Origin: Planctomycetota bacterium
GTDB lineage: Bacteria > Planctomycetota > UBA1135 > UBA2386
Direction of reading: 5' to 3'
Assembly: GCA_965228735.1 (NCBI GenBank)
Contig: OZ245838.1
Coordinates: 3,136,001 to 3,200,000 of the forward strand
DNA length: 64,000 nucleotides
Below are positions 52,658 through 61,748 of the stretch, piece by piece; the stretch's first letter is position 1; the number at the start of each line of letters is the position of its first letter. Made by a program: the position numbers and the translations under genes. The notes under the pieces were generated by a model. That model was not told where the DNA came from and searched no databases. It saw only the letters and a list, made by a program, of their open reading frames with translations.

Positions 52658-52701
52658 GCCGACAACCCGAGAAACCGGCAATCCCACGACGGAGAAGAGC
52701 C

Positions 52702-55233
52702 GTGCACCACCTCACCCAACGGACCGGACCGCGCCGCGCTGCAGGTCGCAGCGACCGGGCGCGGTCACTCGCGCTCGGCGTCGTCGGGCTCGCGCTCGCC
52801 CTCGCCACCGGCCTCGCGTTCGTCGGCACCGATCACGATCGCGTGTCGCCCGACGGGGCAACCCATGGAACCGCCCGCCGGCCCGAGAACCTGCCCCCGT
52901 CAGTCACGGCGGTCGCGACCGGCGCGACGGCCCCGGCCGAATCCGCGCGCCGTCGCCTCGACAACGCGTCATCGCAGTCCGCCAGCATCCCCGCGCCGGT
53001 CGTCGGCCGCCTGATCGGCCCGGATGGATCACCGCGGATCGGAACGCTGGTCCAGTGGCAATCGGACGGGGTGCGGACCGCACCCGCGGCCCGCACGACG
53101 GCCAACGGCCGATTCCGGCTGCTCGTCCAACCCCGCATGCGCGGCGCTCTCGCGCTCACGGGGGGCCACCTCGCATTCGAAGAGGCACCGGCAGCGCGCG
53201 CAGTCTCGGGCGCGGGCCTCGACGTCGGCGATCTCGTCGTCGTCGTCGCGAGTCGCATCAACGGCGCGGTCGTGGACCCCGACGGCGCGCCGATCGACGA
53301 CGCCCACGTCACGGTCCAGCGACGCGTTCGCGGCGCCGACACCCGCGCGCTCCAGACGGATTTGCGGGGCCGCTTCGAACTCACCGGCGTCGCGCCAGGC
53401 AGCTACTCGCTGCGCGCCACGTCCGAGCGCTTCGTCGCACGACGGCTCGAGTTCGAGGTGTCTTCCGACCGGCCGCTCACGGAGCTGCGCATCGAACTCG
53501 ACCGCGGCCACGCGCTGCACGGGTTCGTCGTGGACGGCGGCGGGAACGGAGTCGCGAACGCCGCAATCGCACTCGGCACGGCCGGCGCAGAACCGGCTCG
53601 CCCGCTGTCGCGTATCGGTCAGCCGACCCGGAGTCGGTCGAACGGCGCGTTCGAGCTGCGCGCGGCCGATGCCGAGGTCGCGACCGTCGCGGCGTGGAGC
53701 TCGGAGCACGGGCCGTGCATCGCCGAAGTCGACTTCGGCGCCCCGATCGAGCTCCGCCTCGAGCGCCGCGGCGCGATCGCCGGCCGACTCGTCGACGACC
53801 GCGGGCAGCCGCTCGCCGGCAGTCGGATCGTCGCGTCTCCGCACCGCTCGTCGCTCGCCGGGCCAGACGGCACCGGTCCGTTGCGCGCCGCCGCGCTGCT
53901 CGCCGCCTGGCCCACGGCCGAACGGATCGTGACAACCGACGCGCAAGGCCACTTCGCGCTCTCGCGAGTTCCCGCCGGCGACTGGCAGCTGCAGGCCAGA
54001 GGCACTTCCCATCTGCCAGTTCGGCCTCGTCCGGTTGCCGTTCGGCCCGGCGAGACGAACCGCATCACCCTGCGGGGCGACCGTGGCCGCACGCTCACGG
54101 TTCGGGTCCAGGACCCCGACGGCCGCCCCCTCGCCGGCGCGGAGGTCGCGCTCTTCCACGCGACTGACCCCGCACCGCTGCAGAAGGCCGACCACCGCGG
54201 CGCGCTCGTGACCGCGCGCGCGAGCGACAGCGGCGGGACCGCGACGTTCATCGGTCTGACCGCCGGCGACTTCGTCGTCGAGGCCCGGAGCCGCGACTAC
54301 GCCGCGTCCGCGCCCTTGAACGTTCTGCTCGGCGACGACGGAGCCGAGGTCACCGTTGCCGTCGCAGGCGGCGGGTGGATCGACATTCTCGCGCAGCAAA
54401 GCAGCGGCGAGCCCGGAGCCGCCATCGGCTGCTGCGTCGTCACCGCCACGAAACCCGCCCGCGTCGTCTGGCGCGGCCGCACCTCGGACGCGGGGACCGC
54501 CCGTTCGGCGCGGCTGACGCCAGGGGCGTACGTGGTCGCGCTCCTGCCCGATGCCCGCGGCATCGGCAAGGTCGACGCCGCAGCAGCGCTCCGTGCGGGA
54601 CAACGCGTCGCCGTGACCGCGGACTCCACCGAGCAGGTCCAGCTGCTCGCGCCGACGCTCGCAACGTTGCGTGGCACGCTGTTCGGCAACCGCGGCGTCG
54701 AAGTCGGCGCGGAGGTGCGGGTGGCGCCGCTGCTGGGCGCTGGCCAATCGCTCTTCATCGCGCGAGCCCGGCATGCCGGCCGCACGGACGGAGCAGGCAG
54801 CTACGAGATCCGCGACCTGCGGCCGGGCCGCTACCGGGTGCAGTTCGGCCGCGTCGACCAGCCATTCCGCTTCGAACAGGACCTGCACGTCGTTGCGGGC
54901 CGCAGCGACTACGTACTCGACTGCGACATGGCGACGGGCAGCGCGCGATTCGTCGTGTTCTCGGCGGCGACCGGCGAGCCGGTGCCGAATGCGCGCGTGA
55001 GCTTGCTGCGCGACGCTCCGGCCGGCGCCGTCGCGCAGGGCAGCTACCTCGGACACGCCGACCGCGAAGGCAGCGTCCGACGCGCGGGCCTCGTGCCGGG
55101 CACCTACCGCTGGACCGCGACCGCCGCCGGCTTCGGCACCGCCACCGGCACGATCGAGGTCACGACGGCCGGCCAGTCCGAGCACACGATCACCCTCCAA
55201 CCCAAGGTCGCCGGTGCGGGACGCGGTGAGTAG
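52702..55233 (+). CDS. membrane-anchored carboxypeptidase-regulatory-like repeat protein
   Basis: GTG after GGAGAAG; N-terminal TM; repeated G.VVDPDG.P...TD..G.F.L..V.PG.Y units. Confidence 0.75.
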   Translation: MHHLTQRTGPRRAAGRSDRARSLALGVVGLALALATGLAFVGTDHDRVSPDGATHGTARRPENLPPSVTAVATGATAPAESARRRLDNASSQSASIPAPVVGRLIGPDGSPRIGTLVQWQSDGVRTAPAARTTANGRFRLLVQPRMRGALALTGGHLAFEEAPAARAVSGAGLDVGDLVVVVASRINGAVVDPDGAPIDDAHVTVQRRVRGADTRALQTDLRGRFELTGVAPGSYSLRATSERFVARRLEFEVSSDRPLTELRIELDRGHALHGFVVDGGGNGVANAAIALGTAGAEPARPLSRIGQPTRSRSNGAFELRAADAEVATVAAWSSEHGPCIAEVDFGAPIELRLERRGAIAGRLVDDRGQPLAGSRIVASPHRSSLAGPDGTGPLRAAALLAAWPTAERIVTTDAQGHFALSRVPAGDWQLQARGTSHLPVRPRPVAVRPGETNRITLRGDRGRTLTVRVQDPDGRPLAGAEVALFHATDPAPLQKADHRGALVTARASDSGGTATFIGLTAGDFVVEARSRDYAASAPLNVLLGDDGAEVTVAVAGGGWIDILAQQSSGEPGAAIGCCVVTATKPARVVWRGRTSDAGTARSARLTPGAYVVALLPDARGIGKVDAAAALRAGQRVAVTADSTEQVQLLAPTLATLRGTLFGNRGVEVGAEVRVAPLLGAGQSLFIARARHAGRTDGAGSYEIRDLRPGRYRVQFGRVDQPFRFEQDLHVVAGRSDYVLDCDMATGSARFVVFSAATGEPVPNARVSLLRDAPAGAVAQGSYLGHADREGSVRRAGLVPGTYRWTATAAGFGTATGTIEVTTAGQSEHTITLQPKVAGAGRGE

Positions 55234-55255
55234 CCCCGACCGAGAACCGGCGCGC

Positions 55256-55852
55256 TCAGGCCGTGCCGTCGAGATGGCCGAGCTGCGCCGCGAGTCGAAC
55301 GGTCGCACGACTCAGCGCCTTCTTGCTCGCCGCGACGGAGACCCCGAGTCGCTCGGCGATCTCGGCGTGGCTCAGGCCTTCGATGCGCGCGAGGAGGATG
55401 ACCGTCCGATCCGATTCGGACAGCTTCGCGAACGCACGCTCGAACCGCTCGATGCCCTCCTTGGCCGACAGCTCCTGCGACGGCGTCGTGATCGACGCGT
55501 AGAGCTGCGACAGACTCGCGTGGACTTCGCGCTCCGGGCGTCGGCGCTCGGCGCGGTGGTACTGCTCGCGGTTGCGCAGCTTGTTGTCCGCGTACGTCAG
55601 CAGCCAGTTCCGGAAGCTGTTGCCGCCACGGTGCTCGTAGCGCTCGAGGTCACCGAGCGCCTGCCGGAAGACCGTCTGCACGAGATCGGTGACCGACTCG
55701 CGCTGCGCGACGAGGTCACTCCGCTTGAGGCGGACCCACGCCAGCACGCCAGGCAGGTGCCGGCGGCACAGCTCGTCCTGCGCCTCGGGGTCACCGGCTT
55801 TGGCGTTCCGCACGAGGTCGGCGTCGCCCTCGCCTGAATCGGGGACAGTCAT
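55256..55852 (-). CDS. ECF RNA polymerase sigma factor (Ser/Thr kinase-associated)
   Basis: LVRNAKAGD, DLVQTVF, FRNWL, and region 4 LSESDRTVILLARIEGLSHAEIAERLG. Confidence 0.9.
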   Translation of the reverse strand: MTVPDSGEGDADLVRNAKAGDPEAQDELCRRHLPGVLAWVRLKRSDLVAQRESVTDLVQTVFRQALGDLERYEHRGGNSFRNWLLTYADNKLRNREQYHRAERRRPEREVHASLSQLYASITTPSQELSAKEGIERFERAFAKLSESDRTVILLARIEGLSHAEIAERLGVSVAASKKALSRATVRLAAQLGHLDGTA

Positions 55853-56003
55853 GGCACGTTCGGCGGGAGATTCGGATTCGGACTCGAGGGTACCGCGCCG
55901 CGGCCGCAGGGGCCAGCGGGCGCCTTCCTTGGCTCCGAAGGAGCCCGACAGTACGGTCATGGCCACGGCGTTCTGGGGGTGGCTGCGAGGAATCGAGAGG
56001 ACC

Positions 56004-59000
56004 ATGGACACGACGCCTGACAGCTCGGACTCCGGCCTGCTGCCGGACGAAATCGAGGACGCGCTCGCCGACGCGCTCGAGACCGGCGCCCTGCAGGACG
56101 GCGGGTTCGTCGACGATCTGTGCGCGCGTTTCCCGGCGTGCGCGGACCGCATCCGCACGACGGTCGAGGCGCTGCTCGCGCTCGACGCACTGACGGTCGG
56201 CGACGCCATCGGCCCGTATCGCATCGAGCGCCGCCTCGGCCAGGGCGGGATGGGCACGGTGTTCCTGGCCCGGCAGGAAGAACCCGTGCAGCGGGAGGTC
56301 GCGCTCAAGGTCGTCAAGACCGGCATGAACAGCGCGGAGGTCGTCGTGCGGTTCCAGCAGGAGCGCCAGGCACTCGCGTGGATGCATCACGACGGCATCG
56401 CGAAGGTGTTCGACTGCGGTGCCACCGAGCGCGGGCAACCGTACTTCGTCATGGAGTACGTCGATGGCGTCGCGTTGACCGAGTATTGCGACACGCATCG
56501 CCTGACGATCCCACAACGCGTCGAGCTCATGGTGCAGGTCTGTGCCGCGGTCATGCACGCCCATCAGAAGGGCGTGGTGCATCGCGACCTCAAGCCATCC
56601 AATGTCCTCGTCTGCCGGGAAGACGGCAGGGCGCGCGTCAAGATCATCGACTTCGGTCTCGCCAAGGTCGTCGCCGGAACGGACCAGCGCGGCAGCATCC
56701 CCTCGTTCGGTCGCGCCGGGGTCGGAACACCGGAGTACATGGCCCCCGAGCAGGCCGATCCCGAGCTCGACGTCGACACCCGTGCGGACGTCTACTCGCT
56801 CGGAGCGGTGCTGTACGAACTCCTGACCGGGTGCCTTCCGCTTGCATCCGAACGGCTGCGCGGCAATCAGCTGCGCGACGTCGGGCGGATCCTGCAGAAC
56901 GAGGTTCCCGAACGTCCGAGCAGCCGCATCCGATCGAGCGACGGCGCGGCGACGGCGCGCAGCTCGCCGCAGAACGCGCTCGTCCGCGTGCTCCGGCGCG
57001 ACCTCGACTGGGTCGCGCTCAAGGCGCTCGAGAAGGACCGCAACCGGCGCTACCCGACGGTCAGCGCGCTTGCCGACGATCTGCGCCGCTTCCTCGCGCA
57101 CGAACCGATCGAGGCCGGGCCGCCGAGCTTCGGGTACCGGCTGCAGAAGGCCGTGCGCAAGCACCGCGGACCGGTCGTCGCCGCGACGCTCGTGCTCCTT
57201 GCCCTGATCGGCGGCGCCGTCGCGACGTTCGTGCAGTACCTGCGCGCCGAGGACGAAGCCACCCTGGCGACCGCCGCGAAGGTCGAGGCGCTCGAGGTCG
57301 CCGGCTTCCTCGAGCAGCAGTGGGAAGGACTGCAGCTCCACGAGGTCGGCGCGACGCTGCGCAGCACACTCCTCGACCAGCTCGACGCGGCGCAACGCGC
57401 CACGTTCGAGTCGGACATGCAGGGCGTGAACTTCAGCTCGCTCGGTCTGGAGATGCTCGCGACGAACCTGTTCGACCGCAGCCTCGCGACGATCGAGCGC
57501 GATTTCGCCGACCGCCCGGGGATGAAGGCGCGGCTGCTGCAGAGCGTCGCCACGACGCTGCGCGCCGTCGGCCTCGTGGATCGGGCCCTGCCCCCGCAGA
57601 CGGAGGCCCTCGCGATACGCCGCCAGACGCTTGCCGCGGACGACCCGTTGACGCTCTGGTCGGTGCACGAGATGGCCGCGCTGCTCCACACCCGCAATCG
57701 CGACGTGGTTGCCGCCGAGGGCGACGCCGAGCGGCTGTACCGCGAGGCCCTCGCCGGCCGCCGCCAGGTGCTCGGTGACGACGCGCGCGAAACCATCCAC
57801 ACGCGGAACAACCTCGGCGTGCTGCTCACCGACAAGGGCGAATGGCAGGAGGCCGAGGATCTGCTGCTCGAAGCCGAGCGCCGCGCGCGCGCGACGCTCG
57901 GTCTGGAGGACGAACTCACGCTCGCGATCCTCGGCAACATCGGCCGACTCGCGTATCGCCAGGGCGACGCCACCGCGGTCGAGGAGATCTATCGCGCGGT
58001 CCTGGACGCGACGCGCCGGTCGCTCGGCGACGACCACCACGGCATCGTGATTCCGATCATGAACCTGGGTGCGCTGCTGCAGGAAGTCGGCGAACTCGAG
58101 GAGGCCGGCCGGCTGCTGACGGAGGCGCGCGACCGTTCCAAGGAACTGCTCGGTGACGACCATCCGACGACGCTCTCCGTCGAACGCCAGTACGCGGAGT
58201 GGCTGCACAGCACGGGCCAGGTGAACGCGGCCGGCCAGCTGTTCCGGCGGGTCGCGGCGGACCTGCAACGCGTCATGCCGGCCGATCACCCCGAGATCTT
58301 CGCGGCGATCCACAGCCTCGCGCACTGGCACGAACAACAGCACGACTTCGCGACCGCGAAGCCGCTCTACGAGGAGGCGGTGCGCGGCAAGCGCGCGATC
58401 CTGGGAGACACCCACCCGGACACGCTCGACTCGGTCAACAACCTCGGCAACTGCCTGATCCAGCTCGACGAGCTCGATCAGGCCGAACCGCTGCTGCGCG
58501 AGACGTTCGAGGTCCGGCATCGGCAACTCGGGCCGGGTCACGCCTACACCCGCATCTCGGGCAACAACCTCGCGATGCTGCTGCAACGTCAGGGCAAGCT
58601 ATCGGCCGCCGAGGTACTGCTACGGCAGCTCGTCGCCGACGCCGAACGAGAGCTCGGCAAGCGCAACCCGGACGTGCTGATGTTCGCGCTCAACTTCGGC
58701 TACTGCCTCTACAAGCTCGAACGGTTCGACGACGCCGAGCCGGTCTTCCGCGACGCGCTCACCGGCTGCCGCGAGGTCTTCGGCCCCGACGACTACAACA
58801 CGGTCGACGCGACCCACCTGCTCGGAATCGTCCTCGTCGACACCGGCCGGTTCGACGCGGCCAGAGCACTCTTCGCGGGCACCGAGGCCGCAGCCCGCGC
58901 CGCGTACGTGCCCGGTCGGCCGCACCGCCTCGCGGACTACCTGGCCCACCTCGGCATCGCTCTGCACCGCCAGGACCGGCCCGACTTCGCGGGCGCGAAC

Positions 59001-59180
59001 GCCAGGCTAGAGGAGGCGCACCGGTTGTTCGTCGCCAGCCGCGGCGCCGATCACGACGACACGATCGAGGTCATCCGCGCGCTGGTCGCGGTCCACGCGT
59101 CCTGGGAGCCGAGCGATCCGAACGGCGGTCACGCGGCTGCCGCAGCCCGCTGGCGGCAGCAGTTGCCCGAGGGCCGCTGA
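56004..59180 (+). CDS. Hanks-type Ser/Thr protein kinase with TM helix and TPR repeats
   Basis: LGQGGMGTV, VALK, HRDLKPSN, DFGLAK, GTPEYMAPEQ and DVYSLG; TM; repeated LGxxHPxT..S.NNL TPRs. Confidence 0.95.
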   Translation: MDTTPDSSDSGLLPDEIEDALADALETGALQDGGFVDDLCARFPACADRIRTTVEALLALDALTVGDAIGPYRIERRLGQGGMGTVFLARQEEPVQREVALKVVKTGMNSAEVVVRFQQERQALAWMHHDGIAKVFDCGATERGQPYFVMEYVDGVALTEYCDTHRLTIPQRVELMVQVCAAVMHAHQKGVVHRDLKPSNVLVCREDGRARVKIIDFGLAKVVAGTDQRGSIPSFGRAGVGTPEYMAPEQADPELDVDTRADVYSLGAVLYELLTGCLPLASERLRGNQLRDVGRILQNEVPERPSSRIRSSDGAATARSSPQNALVRVLRRDLDWVALKALEKDRNRRYPTVSALADDLRRFLAHEPIEAGPPSFGYRLQKAVRKHRGPVVAATLVLLALIGGAVATFVQYLRAEDEATLATAAKVEALEVAGFLEQQWEGLQLHEVGATLRSTLLDQLDAAQRATFESDMQGVNFSSLGLEMLATNLFDRSLATIERDFADRPGMKARLLQSVATTLRAVGLVDRALPPQTEALAIRRQTLAADDPLTLWSVHEMAALLHTRNRDVVAAEGDAERLYREALAGRRQVLGDDARETIHTRNNLGVLLTDKGEWQEAEDLLLEAERRARATLGLEDELTLAILGNIGRLAYRQGDATAVEEIYRAVLDATRRSLGDDHHGIVIPIMNLGALLQEVGELEEAGRLLTEARDRSKELLGDDHPTTLSVERQYAEWLHSTGQVNAAGQLFRRVAADLQRVMPADHPEIFAAIHSLAHWHEQQHDFATAKPLYEEAVRGKRAILGDTHPDTLDSVNNLGNCLIQLDELDQAEPLLRETFEVRHRQLGPGHAYTRISGNNLAMLLQRQGKLSAAEVLLRQLVADAERELGKRNPDVLMFALNFGYCLYKLERFDDAEPVFRDALTGCREVFGPDDYNTVDATHLLGIVLVDTGRFDAARALFAGTEAAARAAYVPGRPHRLADYLAHLGIALHRQDRPDFAGANARLEEAHRLFVASRGADHDDTIEVIRALVAVHASWEPSDPNGGHAAAAARWRQQLPEGR

Positions 59181-59219
59181 CGCGCCCGCGGAATCCGACG
59201 CGACGCGGTTCGCGAGCGA

Positions 59220-59663
59220 TCAGTTGCCGACGACGCCGTCGACCGCGTTCGTCAGCTCGAGCTCGTTCGTGCCGAGCGTGAACGATGCGCCCGCGACCGA
59301 CATCGGCAGGCCGATGAACGAGGTGTCGTTCGGAACGTCGAGCAGCAGCGTGCCGCTCTTGACGCGCGCCTCGGTGAAGACCGATTCGAACGGGCGCCAG
59401 AGCACCTCACCGAAGATGGTGTTGACCCGGCCCTCACAGGCCCCGATCGATCCGACGAAGAAGTCGAACGTCGCATTCGGCTGGAACGTCGTGTGATCGA
59501 TCTGGAGTTCCCACGAACACCCGAGACACGGCAGCGGATTCGCGGCCGTCGTGCCGAGCGCGACCGGGTTGGTGCCCGAGCCGTTGCAGATCGCCGAAGT
59601 GGCCTGAGCGGAGAGGCCGCCGGCGAGCAGCGCGGCGGTGAACGTGAAGGTGGTCAGTTTCAT
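59220..59663 (-). CDS. small secreted protein consisting only of the shared C-terminal domain
   Basis: Signal peptide LSA-Q, then CNGSGTNP...PCLG...FGEVL...VPNDTSFIG...LTNAVDGVVG. Confidence 0.75.
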   Translation of the reverse strand: MKLTTFTFTAALLAGGLSAQATSAICNGSGTNPVALGTTAANPLPCLGCSWELQIDHTTFQPNATFDFFVGSIGACEGRVNTIFGEVLWRPFESVFTEARVKSGTLLLDVPNDTSFIGLPMSVAGASFTLGTNELELTNAVDGVVGN

Positions 59664-59852
59664 CGGGGGATAGGCTGGATGGAGAGTCTACCTCGATCGG
59701 CGCGCTCGGGGGACGGATGCCATTGCGCTGCTCCGTGCAGACGCCATCCGCGGAATCGGCTTCCCCGCCTGTCACCGGCCGTTCCGCGCGCCGGCGCGTG
59801 TCACCACGCCTGAATCCTGGACGCCGCGGTCCGCTCCGGAAACACTGCGCCG

Positions 59853-61739
59853 ATGAGTACCGCACCGAAGCTCGCTGGCGCGATGGCGTTCGCCGTTGCG
59901 GTGACCGCGACGGCGAACGCAGCCGCGCAGGACGCCCCGCTGACCCCGGCGGACTATGACAAGCGCGAGGTCATGATCCCGATGCGCGACGGCGTCAAGC
60001 TCTACACGGAGATCTACGAACCGCGCGCGGCCGCGACGCCGTTGCCGATCGTGTTCGTGCGCACGCCGTATCGCGTCGCGGATCCGAAGGGCGGCTTCAC
60101 GCGCTACTTCGACAGCACGTTCCGCGTGCTGCGCGAGGCCGGCTACGTGTTCGCCGTGCAGGACGCGCGCGGCCGGCACGGCTCGGAGGGCAAGTTCGAG
60201 TGGAACCGGCCGGTGCGGCATCGCGCCGATCCGGACGCGATCGACGCGAGCACCGACGCCTGGGACTCGATCGACTGGCTCGTGAAGAACGTGGACGACA
60301 ACAACGGCAGGGTCGGCATGCTCGGCGTCTCGTATCCCGGCTGGTACGTGACGATGGCGCTCGTCGACCCCCACCCGGCGCTTTCGTGCGCGAGCCCGCA
60401 GGCGTCGCCGAGCGACTACTTCATCGGCGACGACTTCTTCCACTTCGGCGCGTTCCGGCTGTCGCCGAGCGCGGAGCTGCCCTACCTGTTCGACTTCGAT
60501 CCGAAGCAGAACACGCGGTTTCCGTACGACCAGGTCGACACGTACGAGTTCTTCCTCGACCTCGGACCGCTGTCGAACATGAACGCGCGCTACCTGCACG
60601 ACGTGTCGCCGACGTGGAACCACTTCATGGCGCACAGCACCTACGACGACTACTGGCAGCAGGGCAACACGCTGCAGCACCTCGACAGCGTGACCGTGCC
60701 GACGCTCAACGTCGTCGGCTGGTGGGACGCCGAGAACCTCGGCGGCGCGCTCGACATCTACGACCGGCTGGAGCCGCTGGATCGCGACGACAAGAGCCGC
60801 CTCGTCGTCGGGCCGTGGTCGCACGGGCAGTGGGCCGCCGCCGACGCGTCGGCGCTCGGGCGCTACCGCTACGGATCCAACACGTCCGCGTACTACCAGC
60901 GCGAGATCGAGGCCCCGTGGTTCGCGTCGCACCTGCGCGGCGGCGAGTTCGAGCTGCCCGAGGCGACGATGTTCCAGACGGGCTCGAACGCGTGGCAACG
61001 GTTCGATTCCTGGCCGCCGCAGAACGTGGAGTCACGCTCGCTCTACCTGCACGCAGACGGCAGCCTGTCGTTCGAAGAGCCGACCGCGGCGAACGCGGGC
61101 TCGGTCGCGTGGACGTCCGACCCGGACAAGCCGGTCCCCTACTCCAAGCGCCCGATCATGGGGTTCTGGGGCGGGCTCTACGGCGGCAGCCGCGACCCGC
61201 GGTTCCAGCGCGCGGGCAAGCTCTGGAAGGTCGAGGACCAGCGCTTCGTCGCCGATCGCCCGGACGTCCTGACGTTCGTGAGCGCGCCGCTGACCGAGGA
61301 CCTCGCGGTGACGGGCAAGCTCGCGGCGGAGCTCTTCTGTGCGACGACCGGCACCGACGCGGATTGGGTCGTCAAGCTCATCGACGTCTACCCCGAGGAC
61401 TACGAAGAACGCGAGATGGGCGGCTTTCAGCTCATGGTCGCCGACGACGTGCTGCGCGGGAAGTTCCGCAACGGGTTCGAGAAGCCGGAGCCGATCGAAC
61501 CCGGCGCGGTCGAGCGCTACACGATCGACCTGCGCACCAGGAACCACCTGTTCCGCAAGGGTCACCGCATCATGGTGCAGCTGCAGAGCACGTGGTTCCC
61601 GCTCATCGACCGCAACCCGCAGACGTTCTGCGACATCCCGAACGCGCGGGCCGAGGACTTCCGGCGTCAGGAACACCGGGTGTTCGCGACGCCGGCGCAC
61701 GCCTCGCGCATCGAGCTGTCCGTCCTGCCGCGTCGGTAG
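59853..61739 (+). CDS. CocE/NonD family hydrolase (peptidase S15 / amino-acid ester hydrolase-like)
   Basis: IPMRDGVKL, RTPY, QDARGRHGSEG, GVSYPG (nucleophile), GWWDAE, GPWSHG and QSTWFPLIDRNPQ. Confidence 0.93.
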   Translation: MSTAPKLAGAMAFAVAVTATANAAAQDAPLTPADYDKREVMIPMRDGVKLYTEIYEPRAAATPLPIVFVRTPYRVADPKGGFTRYFDSTFRVLREAGYVFAVQDARGRHGSEGKFEWNRPVRHRADPDAIDASTDAWDSIDWLVKNVDDNNGRVGMLGVSYPGWYVTMALVDPHPALSCASPQASPSDYFIGDDFFHFGAFRLSPSAELPYLFDFDPKQNTRFPYDQVDTYEFFLDLGPLSNMNARYLHDVSPTWNHFMAHSTYDDYWQQGNTLQHLDSVTVPTLNVVGWWDAENLGGALDIYDRLEPLDRDDKSRLVVGPWSHGQWAAADASALGRYRYGSNTSAYYQREIEAPWFASHLRGGEFELPEATMFQTGSNAWQRFDSWPPQNVESRSLYLHADGSLSFEEPTAANAGSVAWTSDPDKPVPYSKRPIMGFWGGLYGGSRDPRFQRAGKLWKVEDQRFVADRPDVLTFVSAPLTEDLAVTGKLAAELFCATTGTDADWVVKLIDVYPEDYEEREMGGFQLMVADDVLRGKFRNGFEKPEPIEPGAVERYTIDLRTRNHLFRKGHRIMVQLQSTWFPLIDRNPQTFCDIPNARAEDFRRQEHRVFATPAHASRIELSVLPRR

Positions 61740-61748
61740 TACCCCGAC

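Noticed and set aside
55868..55886. Short GATTCG/GACTCG tandem repeat upstream of the ECF gene
   Set aside because: Three imperfect hexamers; too short to support phase variation or an operator.
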